Below, piece after piece: positions 1-7,736 of a DNA stretch of 35,478 nucleotides. The notes under the pieces are model-generated. The model was not told the origin of the DNA. It searched no databases and saw only the letters and a program-made list of their open reading frames with translations. Position numbers and translations under genes: made by a program. Where the stretch lies: the IMG/VR virus record IMGVR_UViG_3300009702_000011, positions 1 to 35,478 of that record. One strand, 5' to 3'. The stretch is from a virus. Every line of letters starts with the position of its first letter. Position 1 is the stretch's first letter.

Positions 1-123
1 GCGAACTGGACGTGGAACCATGCCAGATCATCAATACCGCAACGCCGATCTATCGTTTCTACCGTCGTTCTCGACGTTGGTAGGCCCGAAACCGCCGGAC
101 GATTTCGTGTCAAACGGTGCGAC
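1..123. repeat. Terminal direct repeat, copy 1 (assembly overlap of a circular or circularly permuted genome)
   Basis: Bases 1-123 (gcgaactggacgtggaaccatgcc...caaacggtgcgac) recur exactly at 35356-35478, the last 123 bases of the window. Confidence 0.95.
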
Positions 124-424
124 AGACGCTCCTGACATTGTGTGGGGGCACGACCTGCGGCCGGCCGCTCATTTTCACGATTTCTGGTATTCAGCGGGTT
201 GCTTCGAACTGCACCTGCCACGCGATGAATTCACGCGATATGAGGCAGACCAGCTATTTCGGACCAACCTGAAAAAGTGCGGTCTCGGGCGACTGCGATT
301 CGCGTATTACTACCGCGTGCGGTTGTGGGGTCATCTGTGCTTTTCGTACTCCCAGGGTTGTGATCCGAAGCGAACGTTTTGGTTCTGGCTCAATTTGCTG
401 GTCGGGAGGTACATCCGATGGTGA
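20..424 (+). CDS. DUF1353-like protein
   Basis: 134-aa ORF with the pattern AAHFHDFWY...TRYEADQLFRTNL...YYYRVRLWG, which I recognise as DUF1353-like. Its stop (422-424) overlaps the next ATG (418). Confidence 0.6.
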   Translation: MPDHQYRNADLSFLPSFSTLVGPKPPDDFVSNGATDAPDIVWGHDLRPAAHFHDFWYSAGCFELHLPRDEFTRYEADQLFRTNLKKCGLGRLRFAYYYRVRLWGHLCFSYSQGCDPKRTFWFWLNLLVGRYIRW

Positions 425-486
425 GGACCATACTGTTGTCACTGTTGCTGGTCGGTCTGCTCGCAGCACCATTGCACGGCCAGTGA
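418..486 (+). CDS. 22-codon signal-peptide-like mini-ORF (MVRTILLSLLLVGLLAAPLHGQ*), in frame with the downstream protease ORF
   Basis: ATG 418 is preceded by GGGAGG (405-410). The peptide has a basic N-terminus, a Leu-rich hydrophobic core and an A-x-L-H-G end, then TGA at 484-486. The same frame stays open into ORF 532..1905. Confidence 0.5.
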   Translation: MVRTILLSLLLVGLLAAPLHGQ

Positions 487-531
487 ACTGCTAGTGGCTG
501 CCCGAGTACCCAGGGCAGCACGGTTGCCGGG

Positions 532-1905
532 TTGCAGCCGTTGCCGTGGCTGAACCCATCGCCGAGCCAATCAATTGGCACCTCTCGCGATATTTCCCAA
601 TGGCCGGCGACCTGCCGGATCAGCGTCCGGGACCGTGATGGGGCAACGTCATATGGGTCTGGGGTATACGCGACTGATGGCATGCACGCTGGCATTATTA
701 CCGCTCACCACGTGCTTCGTGACCGCCGCAGCGACCAGGCAACGGTCTACTTTCCAGCGCTGGCCGTGTCGGTGGCGGCAACCGTAGCGCAACTTGACGC
801 CGGAAACGACGTCGCGGTATTGACACCCGAAGGCGATATCCCGGTGCCACCCTACGATATGGCACGCAGCTCGCCGCAGCCGGGCGAGCAGGTGACGATG
901 ACCGGCTTTGGTGGCGGTGACTTCTTGGCGTGGACCGGGACTGTCCGGAGCCTAGTTGATTATGGATATGGCGACGGCTATCTTCGGCAAAATGCATTGA
1001 CCATCACCACTAGATCGCCGCGCGAAGGCGACTCGGGGGGACCGGTGTGGGATACCAAGGGACGTGTATGCGGGATTGTGACAGCCGGTCGTCAGGATAG
1101 TGCTCTGATGGTACGGTGCTCATTGTTGCGGCGCGTATTGTGTGGCGTGAAACGTGTGATCCAGAGTCGCCCGGGGATCTTGATCCCGAAGATAAAACCG
1201 CAGCAAAGCCGGCAGCAGGTGACCGTGTCGCCAGCCGCACCGACGCCGGCCCCGCAAGTCCCCTCGCCCGTCGTGCCGCCGCCTGTCACGCCAATCACGC
1301 AGGCGGCCACGCCGTCAAATACTACGCCGGAGCCGACGGCAGGCCCGCGAGAGCACCAGTCGCCGTCGCACGGTGGTCTTGTCGCCGGTGCCGCCAGGGC
1401 GATCCCTACGCTAGGCATTGGCTGGTGGACGGCACTGGCCGGTATGGTTGGCATCGGTGGGCCGGTGGGGCTCGGCATCGGCGTTGCCGGTTGGTTGATC
1501 AGTAGACGACTTAAGCGGCAGCTGGTGAGCAGGCTGGATCGCCTCGGCACGCAGAACGCCGAACCGCAGGCGATCCAGACAGCAACGGCCGATACGGTCG
1601 GATCGAAGCAGGGGGCAAGCACGGCACACGTCGAGGATCGGGAACACTCAACCGACCAGGTGCGAGTTGAGCAGCGGATCGAGCGTGAGCCGCGATATGT
1701 GAAAGTAGTTGAGCAGGATCCGCTTGGCGAGGCATACAAGGAGGCGGTCAATCGGGAGATTGAGCTTCAGACCGCGCGAGGTAATCGCGACTGGCTCATC
1801 GTTGGTCCACGTATTCACGATCTCGCAAAACGTCTTGCGAGTCGGCGTGTACCGGCACATGAACAGCGATCCAAGAGCCGTTTTGGTCTTGGGTGGACAG
1901 ACTAG
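532..1905 (+). CDS. Trypsin-like (chymotrypsin-fold) serine protease with Pro-rich linker, TM segment and charged C-terminal domain; true start probably 418 (in-frame TGA at 484)
   Basis: Catalytic-triad contexts are ITAHHVL (His), GNDVAVL (Asp) and REGDSGGPVW (Ser). It has a PAPTPAPQVPSPVVPPPVTP linker and a hydrophobic GIGWWTALAGMVGIGGPVGLGIGVAGWLI segment. There is no SD or ATG at the 532 TTG. Confidence 0.8.
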   Translation: MQPLPWLNPSPSQSIGTSRDISQWPATCRISVRDRDGATSYGSGVYATDGMHAGIITAHHVLRDRRSDQATVYFPALAVSVAATVAQLDAGNDVAVLTPEGDIPVPPYDMARSSPQPGEQVTMTGFGGGDFLAWTGTVRSLVDYGYGDGYLRQNALTITTRSPREGDSGGPVWDTKGRVCGIVTAGRQDSALMVRCSLLRRVLCGVKRVIQSRPGILIPKIKPQQSRQQVTVSPAAPTPAPQVPSPVVPPPVTPITQAATPSNTTPEPTAGPREHQSPSHGGLVAGAARAIPTLGIGWWTALAGMVGIGGPVGLGIGVAGWLISRRLKRQLVSRLDRLGTQNAEPQAIQTATADTVGSKQGASTAHVEDREHSTDQVRVEQRIEREPRYVKVVEQDPLGEAYKEAVNREIELQTARGNRDWLIVGPRIHDLAKRLASRRVPAHEQRSKSRFGLGWTD

Positions 1906-1916
1906 GAGATAATCTC

Positions 1917-2777
1917 ATGCCGGAAAGACAGTTTGGGAGCGACAGGCCATTGCTATATGATGTGCCACCGTGGAATGATCTTGGATTTGCGGTACCGAAT
2001 TTTAGTAATCAGATTGGCTCGCTCAATCTGCCCATCTGGAGGCTTGCTGATGAGGTCGGCAAGGCGCAATTACGGATCATGACGCACATTGACGCTCAGC
2101 GCAACCAATATCCATCGATCAATACGATTCAGCGCATGGGAAAACTGATCAACCGCGTGAAAACCGTGTTGGCCAATCGCAAGAAGGGGTCGACCGTCCA
2201 ACGTCTGGAAGAGGGGCACGCCTCGGCGGATGTGAAGCCATGGCAATTGCACCCGGTACCGTTCTTCACAACGACGCTGGTCCAAAATAGTTGGCTCGGC
2301 GAGTACAACCGGCTCTGCATGATTGCATTGACGAACATGTACCAGCACAGCGACAATAATCTGGCCCTGACAATCACCGAAGAATTCGCCAGTGCAATCT
2401 GGGCGTACTTCAAGGAAATCGCGATGCTGTTAGGAACCGAGCTGCTCGGCCTAACAGCCGCGGCCGTGGAAGCACCCGAGTTCATGTTTTCCGAAGAATC
2501 GTATGGCGGCTATGCTACCATCGCTGATCGGATCATGTCGTTTGAGCCACTCGATACGCCAGGTCCGATCCAGAGCAAGGCCGACGAGCTGGATCTAGCG
2601 CCGCTGTTCGTCGGCATCCCGGCGACCCTCGCCCTCAGTTCACTCGCCGACTACCCGATTGGGCCGGGTGGCATCGGTGCTCAGGGTACGGCTATCCCGC
2701 CAAGAGCCGCGGCGGTCGGCGCAACCACGGGCGGAACGGCGGAGCCGGGCGGCCACATCGGCGAACCACAGATGTAA
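1917..2777 (+). CDS. Hypothetical protein
   Basis: ORF 1893..2777. ATG 1917 follows AGGAG (1904-1908). I recognised no motif. Confidence 0.6.
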   Translation: MPERQFGSDRPLLYDVPPWNDLGFAVPNFSNQIGSLNLPIWRLADEVGKAQLRIMTHIDAQRNQYPSINTIQRMGKLINRVKTVLANRKKGSTVQRLEEGHASADVKPWQLHPVPFFTTTLVQNSWLGEYNRLCMIALTNMYQHSDNNLALTITEEFASAIWAYFKEIAMLLGTELLGLTAAAVEAPEFMFSEESYGGYATIADRIMSFEPLDTPGPIQSKADELDLAPLFVGIPATLALSSLADYPIGPGGIGAQGTAIPPRAAAVGATTGGTAEPGGHIGEPQM

Positions 2778-2790
2778 GCAGGAGCGAACC

Positions 2791-3168
2791 GTGATCCACC
2801 GAACCGCCATGACCGTCGCGGTCCTGCTGCTGCTCGCGTTCGGCGCGCGAGGCGGTGAGCTGGCCGAGGCCCGCCGCCTCGCCCCGAAATACCATGCGAA
2901 GATCGAGGTCGTCCTGTCCGATGGTTCACGGGTCGACCTGCTGAGCGACGAGTACGCGATCGAAGTGGATTGGGCTCCAAAGTGGGCCGAGTCGATCGGT
3001 CAGTCGGTGCATTACGGGTTACTCACGGGTCGCAAGCCGGCAGTAATTTTATTGTTAAAAGATCCGGTCCACGAGTGGCCAGAACTCGTCAGGGCTGCAC
3101 GCGTGTGCGGGCATTTGGGAATCATGCTATTTGTCGAGCAGGTAAAAGGTCAGGAAGGTGGCAACTGA
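2791..3168 (+). CDS. Secreted small protein with possible PD-(D/E)XK-like motif
   Basis: GTG 2791 follows AGGAG (2780-2784). It has a signal-peptide-like MTVAVLLLLAFGA. The segment SDGSRVDLLSDEYAIEVDWAPKWAESIGQSVHY resembles a D...E-x-D/K nuclease-fold core. The function call is weak. Confidence 0.5.
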   Translation: MIHRTAMTVAVLLLLAFGARGGELAEARRLAPKYHAKIEVVLSDGSRVDLLSDEYAIEVDWAPKWAESIGQSVHYGLLTGRKPAVILLLKDPVHEWPELVRAARVCGHLGIMLFVEQVKGQEGGN

Positions 3169-3343
3169 TGCGGAACTAACGCATGACGAAATACTGGCGG
3201 TGCTCGCTTGGATAATGGACCGGTATTGTGGGACGGGTGTGGTAGAGATCGATGCAGCCGATATTGACAACAAAAAGGTACTGGAGATTCACAGGACGGC
3301 GCCTGGATTTTCTGTGATTCTTAAGGGTCAAAGTAAGGGGTAG
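3158..3343 (+). CDS. Hypothetical small protein
   Basis: 61-aa ORF with a GTG start overlapping the upstream stop. No motif and a poor RBS. Confidence 0.3.
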   Translation: MATDAELTHDEILAVLAWIMDRYCGTGVVEIDAADIDNKKVLEIHRTAPGFSVILKGQSKG

Positions 3344-3348
3344 CACGA

Positions 3349-3777
3349 ATGGAAGTAGATCGTCAGACAGAGATTCTGGAGCAGTTATTGAAGCACCAGA
3401 TTCGACAGGCAACTAATGGCAATAGCAACGGAACCAAGCTGTGGGGCCTAACGGTACGTGACTGGTCCACGTTAATCGGCACGGTGGGCGTACCGTCGGT
3501 GTTCCTTGGTGCGATCATCTACGTGTCCGGGTGGATTATCGCACCGCCGATGGTAACGAGCATAACGAATCTGCTTGACAAAACGGCGGTTGCCACGACT
3601 AGGATGGCCGATCAGTCTGAGCGGATCCAACATTCTCTTGCTGAGATCACTAGCATTGAGGAACAGAGCAAAGTATTCATGGCAGACGTGCACCGCGAGC
3701 ACGCGATGGTACAAAACGGCATCGACCAGAACGGCAAAAAATTAGACACGGTAATTGAGTGCGTAAAACAGAAATAG
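3349..3777 (+). CDS. Single-pass membrane protein with coiled-coil tail (holin/spanin-like candidate)
   Basis: 142-aa ORF with a hydrophobic stretch LIGTVGVPSVFLGAIIYVSGWIIAPPMV followed by a charged helical region. Confidence 0.55.
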   Translation: MEVDRQTEILEQLLKHQIRQATNGNSNGTKLWGLTVRDWSTLIGTVGVPSVFLGAIIYVSGWIIAPPMVTSITNLLDKTAVATTRMADQSERIQHSLAEITSIEEQSKVFMADVHREHAMVQNGIDQNGKKLDTVIECVKQK

Positions 3778-3807
3778 CACAACAATATCATCGCCGGAGG
3801 AGCAGAC

Positions 3808-4278
3808 GTGACACAGAAACTATTTGCTGAAATCACGACCGACCCGCTCGGCCGTGGATACACTGGCATGACGGACCAGCAGATTGCCGATAGCCTCAAT
3901 GCCGTGGATCGAACGCGGCTTAATGTGCTGTCTTCGGCGGAGCTATTGGCATGGTCCGGGGCCGGGGCCGACGATGCTAGTAGCGTGGCGAGTCGCTATG
4001 AACGGATCGAAACGGCTGCTAGCAGCCACGCGTCCGGGGCGGTGCGTGGTGCATGCAAAGCAGCGATCAGGCTGATTGACCGTGATGCGACCGAACTTGA
4101 CCTGTCATTGCCAGACAGAGCGACCATGGTTGCTGCCCTAGTTGCTGGTGGGGTACTAACGGCAGCCGAACAAACTGAACTAGTAGCAATGGCCACCGAG
4201 AATATCAGCCGAGCCACCGAGATCGGCATTGGTGTTGTGTACGCGGCTGATGTAACAGGAGCAAACACAAATGCCTAA
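3808..4278 (+). CDS. Hypothetical protein
   Basis: GTG 3808 follows GGAGG (3796-3800). 156-aa ORF. Confidence 0.6.
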   Translation: MTQKLFAEITTDPLGRGYTGMTDQQIADSLNAVDRTRLNVLSSAELLAWSGAGADDASSVASRYERIETAASSHASGAVRGACKAAIRLIDRDATELDLSLPDRATMVAALVAGGVLTAAEQTELVAMATENISRATEIGIGVVYAADVTGANTNA

Positions 4279-4699
4279 CGCAGTTAAATGGGCCACTGGT
4301 ACGAGTCGTACAACAGGCATTAGCTCCGCGAGTCTAGCGGCTGGAGCTAACCTCCTTGGGTCGGCGATTGATAACGCGACCAACAAAGATCGATGGATGA
4401 CATGCAAGCTGACGTGGACGTGCGGCACCGCGGCCACCGCCGACAAAGCAATCGAGTTGTACGTACTGTATGCAGTGGATGGCACCAACTACGAGGATGG
4501 TGACGCTACGCCGACCGATCCACACAAAGGCATGGCCGCAGTGTTCTTCGATGACGGCGGTACTGGAGCGCAGAAGCAAACGGTGGTGAGCGTTCCACTT
4601 ATGCCATTTAAGTTCAAGTTGTTGCTGAAATCCGAGTTAGATCAGACTGCGAGTAGTGTCACATTGTTGGCATACACGCACAACGAGGAAATTCAATAA
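4271..4699 (+). CDS. Hypothetical virion-associated protein
   Basis: 142-aa ORF. It overlaps the upstream stop, and its TAA shares a base with the next ATG (4699). Confidence 0.55.
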   Translation: MPNAVKWATGTSRTTGISSASLAAGANLLGSAIDNATNKDRWMTCKLTWTCGTAATADKAIELYVLYAVDGTNYEDGDATPTDPHKGMAAVFFDDGGTGAQKQTVVSVPLMPFKFKLLLKSELDQTASSVTLLAYTHNEEIQ

Positions 4700-5544
4700 T
4701 GGCGATATTAGCCAATGTGGATTTGCAGCGTCCATTGACAGACCATCCATTGTGGAATGGATTGCGTGGATTGTGGCTGCCAGTTGCAGAGACAGCAAGA
4801 GGTTCGACGCTATATGATCTGAGTCCACGTCCTCACCATGGCACAATGGTTGGCATGACATGGGAGGCTGTGGATGGTCGCCTTGGGCTGAATGGGACAT
4901 CGAATAGTACATACACTTCTATTGGTTCTATTGGACTGACACGATCAGCCGGTGAACCATATACAATGATCGGGGTTGCAAGAACTCGTGGTGCTAGCGG
5001 TACTCACCAAGTGATCATTGGTACTCGTAATGGTAGTAGTGCTGGTGATCTTGACAAATTATCTTTTTCGACATCATTGCTCGTAACATTTGAGTATGAT
5101 CCAACTGGTGGCGGTGCTATAGCGACTGGGACATATGCAAATACCGATCAATGGTACACTTTAATAGGCACCTATGATGGTAGTATTATTCGGCTGTATC
5201 AGGATGGCATAAATACTGGAAGTTCCGTGTCATCAACGGCGGCAATAACGGCTGATGATTATGCGATCGGTCGCCGTTCCGATGATGCTTCAGAGTATCT
5301 CAAAGGCACCTGTGCATTAGCAGCCGTCTACGACAGGGCATTTACTGCCGCTGAGGTGCGTACGTTTTACCAGCAATCCATCACCGGCTACCCAGATCTA
5401 ATCCGCCGCGTGCCAACTCGCCGAGTGTTTTATATGTCACCCGCTGGTGATGTCAATTACCCAGCCACGGTGTTGAACGCCACGGCTACCATCGAAGGCA
5501 CATCAGGTATCCAAGAGAATAGGACACTGGAGCTAACCTTATGA
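4699..5544 (+). CDS. LamG / concanavalin-A-like lectin domain protein (fibre or receptor-binding candidate)
   Basis: WYTLIGTYDGSIIRLYQDGINTGSS...YAIGRRSDD...LKGTCALAAVYDRAFTAAEV matches the LamG-domain pattern (W-h-h-h-G-T-Y-D-G-x-x-h-R-L-Y-x-D-G). Confidence 0.75.
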   Translation: MAILANVDLQRPLTDHPLWNGLRGLWLPVAETARGSTLYDLSPRPHHGTMVGMTWEAVDGRLGLNGTSNSTYTSIGSIGLTRSAGEPYTMIGVARTRGASGTHQVIIGTRNGSSAGDLDKLSFSTSLLVTFEYDPTGGGAIATGTYANTDQWYTLIGTYDGSIIRLYQDGINTGSSVSSTAAITADDYAIGRRSDDASEYLKGTCALAAVYDRAFTAAEVRTFYQQSITGYPDLIRRVPTRRVFYMSPAGDVNYPATVLNATATIEGTSGIQENRTLELTL

Positions 5545-5723
5545 GAGAAGAGACGCACAAAGAGCAGGCCAGCATGACCGTGATGGTCGATGGCAAGCCG
5601 CAGGTCGTGCCTGTCGAGCTAGAGGTTACAGATACGTATCACGATGATGGCCGCAAAGATGTGACCATCAAAGTGCCACGGCTTGATGCTGGTGCGGTAA
5701 TACCGAAAACCGAAGGAGAATGA
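5541..5723 (+). CDS. Hypothetical small protein
   Basis: 60-aa ORF with an ATGA overlap to the LamG gene stop. It ends in a double stop, TGA TAA. Confidence 0.5.
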   Translation: MREETHKEQASMTVMVDGKPQVVPVELEVTDTYHDDGRKDVTIKVPRLDAGAVIPKTEGE

Positions 5724-5726
5724 TAA

Positions 5727-6146
5727 ATGGCCGGATTATATAATCAATTCAAGACTGAGGTCATGAAGAAAACCATTGATCTCGTCAATGATACGATTAA
5801 AGTTGCGTTGCTTGACAATACTTACACATTTGCTGCAAGCGATTTAGGATGGGCAGCGGTGTCTGCCAAAGAAATATCTGGTACGGGATACGTGGCTGGT
5901 GGTGCTACGTTGGGGACCAAAACCGTGACTCAGGATGACACGGGCAATAAAGGTGTGTTCGATGCGGCAGATGTACAATGGACAGGTGCGACCTTCTCAG
6001 CGAGATTTGCTGAGATCTACGATTACAGCGTGGCGTCACCTGCTAAACCATTGATTGGTGCAATTGATTTTAGTACAGACAAGACGGTGACAGCAGGCAC
6101 ATTTACGATAACATGGGATTCGGCTGGTATTGTAACTATTAGTTAA
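5727..6146 (+). CDS. Hypothetical structural protein
   Basis: 139-aa ORF whose ATG directly follows the double stop. The beta-rich, Thr/Gly-rich composition is typical of virion proteins. Confidence 0.6.
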   Translation: MAGLYNQFKTEVMKKTIDLVNDTIKVALLDNTYTFAASDLGWAAVSAKEISGTGYVAGGATLGTKTVTQDDTGNKGVFDAADVQWTGATFSARFAEIYDYSVASPAKPLIGAIDFSTDKTVTAGTFTITWDSAGIVTIS

Positions 6147-6155
6147 ACAAGAATC

Positions 6156-6566
6156 ATGCCGATCATACTCGACATCACGGACGGCGTGGCACTCGGTGGT
6201 GCGTTATCAGCCACGGCAACGGTCGTGGCACCGGTAGTCAGTATCGATGCTACCGTGTCGCCCAATGTGTTGTCCGCCACATCGGCAATCATAGCTCCGA
6301 CAGTTAGTATTGACGCTACTGTATCACCGAGCGTGTTGGCAGCCACAGCGGCAATCGTCGCTCCGTCGATAAGTGTTGACTGCACGGTGTCACCAAGTGT
6401 TTTAGATGCAGTGGCTAGTATGCTAACACCTATTATTACTGGTGGCTTCATGGTGCCAAGTCCCGGCAACGTGGCGATCAGTGACACGGCACGATACGGA
6501 CTAGCGACCAATGACATCGTCCGCTACACGCTGACGCTCAGCGAGAATGGAGACCCCAATGGCTAA
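6156..6566 (+). CDS. Repeat-containing fibre-like protein
   Basis: 136-aa ORF containing three 22-aa tandem repeats. It has no SD and is in the same frame as 5727..6146, separated by a single TAA. Confidence 0.55.
   Translation: MPIILDITDGVALGGALSATATVVAPVVSIDATVSPNVLSATSAIIAPTVSIDATVSPSVLAATAAIVAPSISVDCTVSPSVLDAVASMLTPIITGGFMVPSPGNVAISDTARYGLATNDIVRYTLTLSENGDPNG
6207..6404 (+). repeat. 3 x 66-bp in-frame tandem repeat (22-aa unit SAT-x-x-[VI][VI]AP-x-[VI]S[IV]D[AC]TVSP-x-VL)
   Basis: The units are SATATVVAPVVSIDATVSPNVL, SATSAIIAPTVSIDATVSPSVL and AATAAIVAPSISVDCTVSPSVL at 6207-6272, 6273-6338 and 6339-6404. Confidence 0.85.
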
Positions 6567-6861
6567 CACTTACGACAAAGGCGATCTGGTACGTGTGACA
6601 GCCACGTGGACTGATCCCCTAAACTCAGATGCGGCCATCGATCCATCAACAGTCGCAATAGATGTGACCACACCGAGCGGCACGACAACGCCATACGTCT
6701 ATGGTACGGACGCCGAGGTCAAGCGAGATTCGATTGGTATATATTACATGGATTTGTCACTTACCGAGGAAGGTACATGGAAGTATAGATGGTACTCCAC
6801 TGGTGCAGCGCAGGCGGCCGAACAAGCCAAGATATTCGCCAAGGAAGTGATCACGGTCTAA
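6547..6861 (+). CDS. Small beta-rich (Ig-like?) virion protein
   Basis: 104-aa ORF, with an alternative ATG at 6559. Its TAA shares a base with the HNH ATG at 6861. Confidence 0.6.
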   Translation: METPMANTYDKGDLVRVTATWTDPLNSDAAIDPSTVAIDVTTPSGTTTPYVYGTDAEVKRDSIGIYYMDLSLTEEGTWKYRWYSTGAAQAAEQAKIFAKEVITV

Positions 6862-7175
6862 TGCCAACAGCAGCAGCAACACGGTGTGCAAGATGTGGCA
6901 AGGTGAGCAGTGGCCGATGTGACTGCACGGTTGATCAACGAGTGCATGATAAGCAACGAGGCAGCTCGGCTAAGCGTGGGTACGATCGTAGGTGGCAGCA
7001 GTTTAGAACGTGGTTCCTCGGTCAGCACCGCTGGTGCCATGACTGTGGCAAGGTGGCAACCGAGGTACATCACATCAAGATGCTGCGAGATTATCCCGAG
7101 CTGCGATTAGATAGCGACAACTGTATGGCACTGTGTCACGCGTGCCATTTGAAAAGGACAAAGCGTGGCGAATGA
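6861..7175 (+). CDS. HNH endonuclease (packaging-associated, adjacent to terminase)
   Basis: CARCG...CDC...WCHDCG...EVHHIKMLRD...NCMALCHACHLKRT gives zinc-finger Cys pairs plus an HNH core. It lies immediately upstream of cos/terS, as in HK97-like phages. Confidence 0.85.
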   Translation: MPTAAATRCARCGKVSSGRCDCTVDQRVHDKQRGSSAKRGYDRRWQQFRTWFLGQHRWCHDCGKVATEVHHIKMLRDYPELRLDSDNCMALCHACHLKRTKRGE

Positions 7176-7274
7176 TCAGACGGGGGGGTACGTTCAACAT
7201 TTTGAGGTCAAAAATGTAGACCAAACCCCCACCCGCATATATTTTTCTCCGCAACCAATCCGGTGGGGCCGGCA
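7176..7274. other. Candidate cos / packaging-recognition region
   Basis: This is a 99-bp non-coding gap between the HNH gene and terS. It holds a G7 run (7182-7188), an opposed ACCCCCACCC (7225-7234) and an AT-rich tract. Confidence 0.3.
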
Positions 7275-7736
7275 ATGCCAACAGGACGCAAACCAACACC
7301 GACGCGACTTAAACTGCTTCGCGGAGTTGACAAAGTACATCTAGAGCGGATCAATCGCAATGAGCCACAGCCAGACGAGACAACGCCAATCATGCCGAGC
7401 GGTCTTGACCCGATGGCGAAGCGACGATGGCGTGAGTTGAGCAAGATATTGCGGTCGATGCGAGTACTGACGATCGCGGACCGTCAGGCGTTGGCAACGT
7501 TGTGCCAGACGATTTCAGACATTCATAAGATGCGAAAGATACTAGCGAAAGATGGTCATGTCGTTGACACGGAACGTGGACCGATTCGCAACCCAGCGGC
7601 AATCGAGCTTCACAAACTCGAAGACATTCAACTGAAATTACTGGCCGAGTTCGGACTGACACCAAGTAGTCGCAGTCGCATTACGGTTGAACCCAAGAAA
7701 TCGTCAATCAAGCCGAGGGAGCGCAAGAAGGCGTGA
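7275..7736 (+). CDS. terS: Terminase small subunit (P27-family-like)
   Basis: MPTGRKPTPTRLKLLRG...EP.P......P..L...A...W is typical of P27-family small terminases. It sits directly upstream of terL with a GTGA overlap. Confidence 0.85.
   Translation: MPTGRKPTPTRLKLLRGVDKVHLERINRNEPQPDETTPIMPSGLDPMAKRRWRELSKILRSMRVLTIADRQALATLCQTISDIHKMRKILAKDGHVVDTERGPIRNPAAIELHKLEDIQLKLLAEFGLTPSSRSRITVEPKKSSIKPRERKKA

Noticed and set aside
1-123. The terminal repeats as LTR/IS-type mobile element ends.
   Set aside because: The repeat lies exactly at both window ends and runs through a non-coding region into the start of an ordinary gene. No transposase or inverted repeats are present. This is the signature of a circular assembly overlap.
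484-519. Selenocysteine insertion at UGA 484 directed by the downstream hairpin (SECIS-like spacing).
   Set aside because: The codon sits at a signal-peptide/mature-domain junction, not in a redox-type context. I cannot show SECIS-specific loop features by eye. It is kept only as a minor possibility within the readthrough finding.
2659-2790. Upstream extension of ORF 2659..3168, overlapping the end of 1917..2777.
   Set aside because: The translation is Arg-rich and nonsense-like. A good SD + GTG at 2791, followed by a signal peptide, gives a more plausible start.
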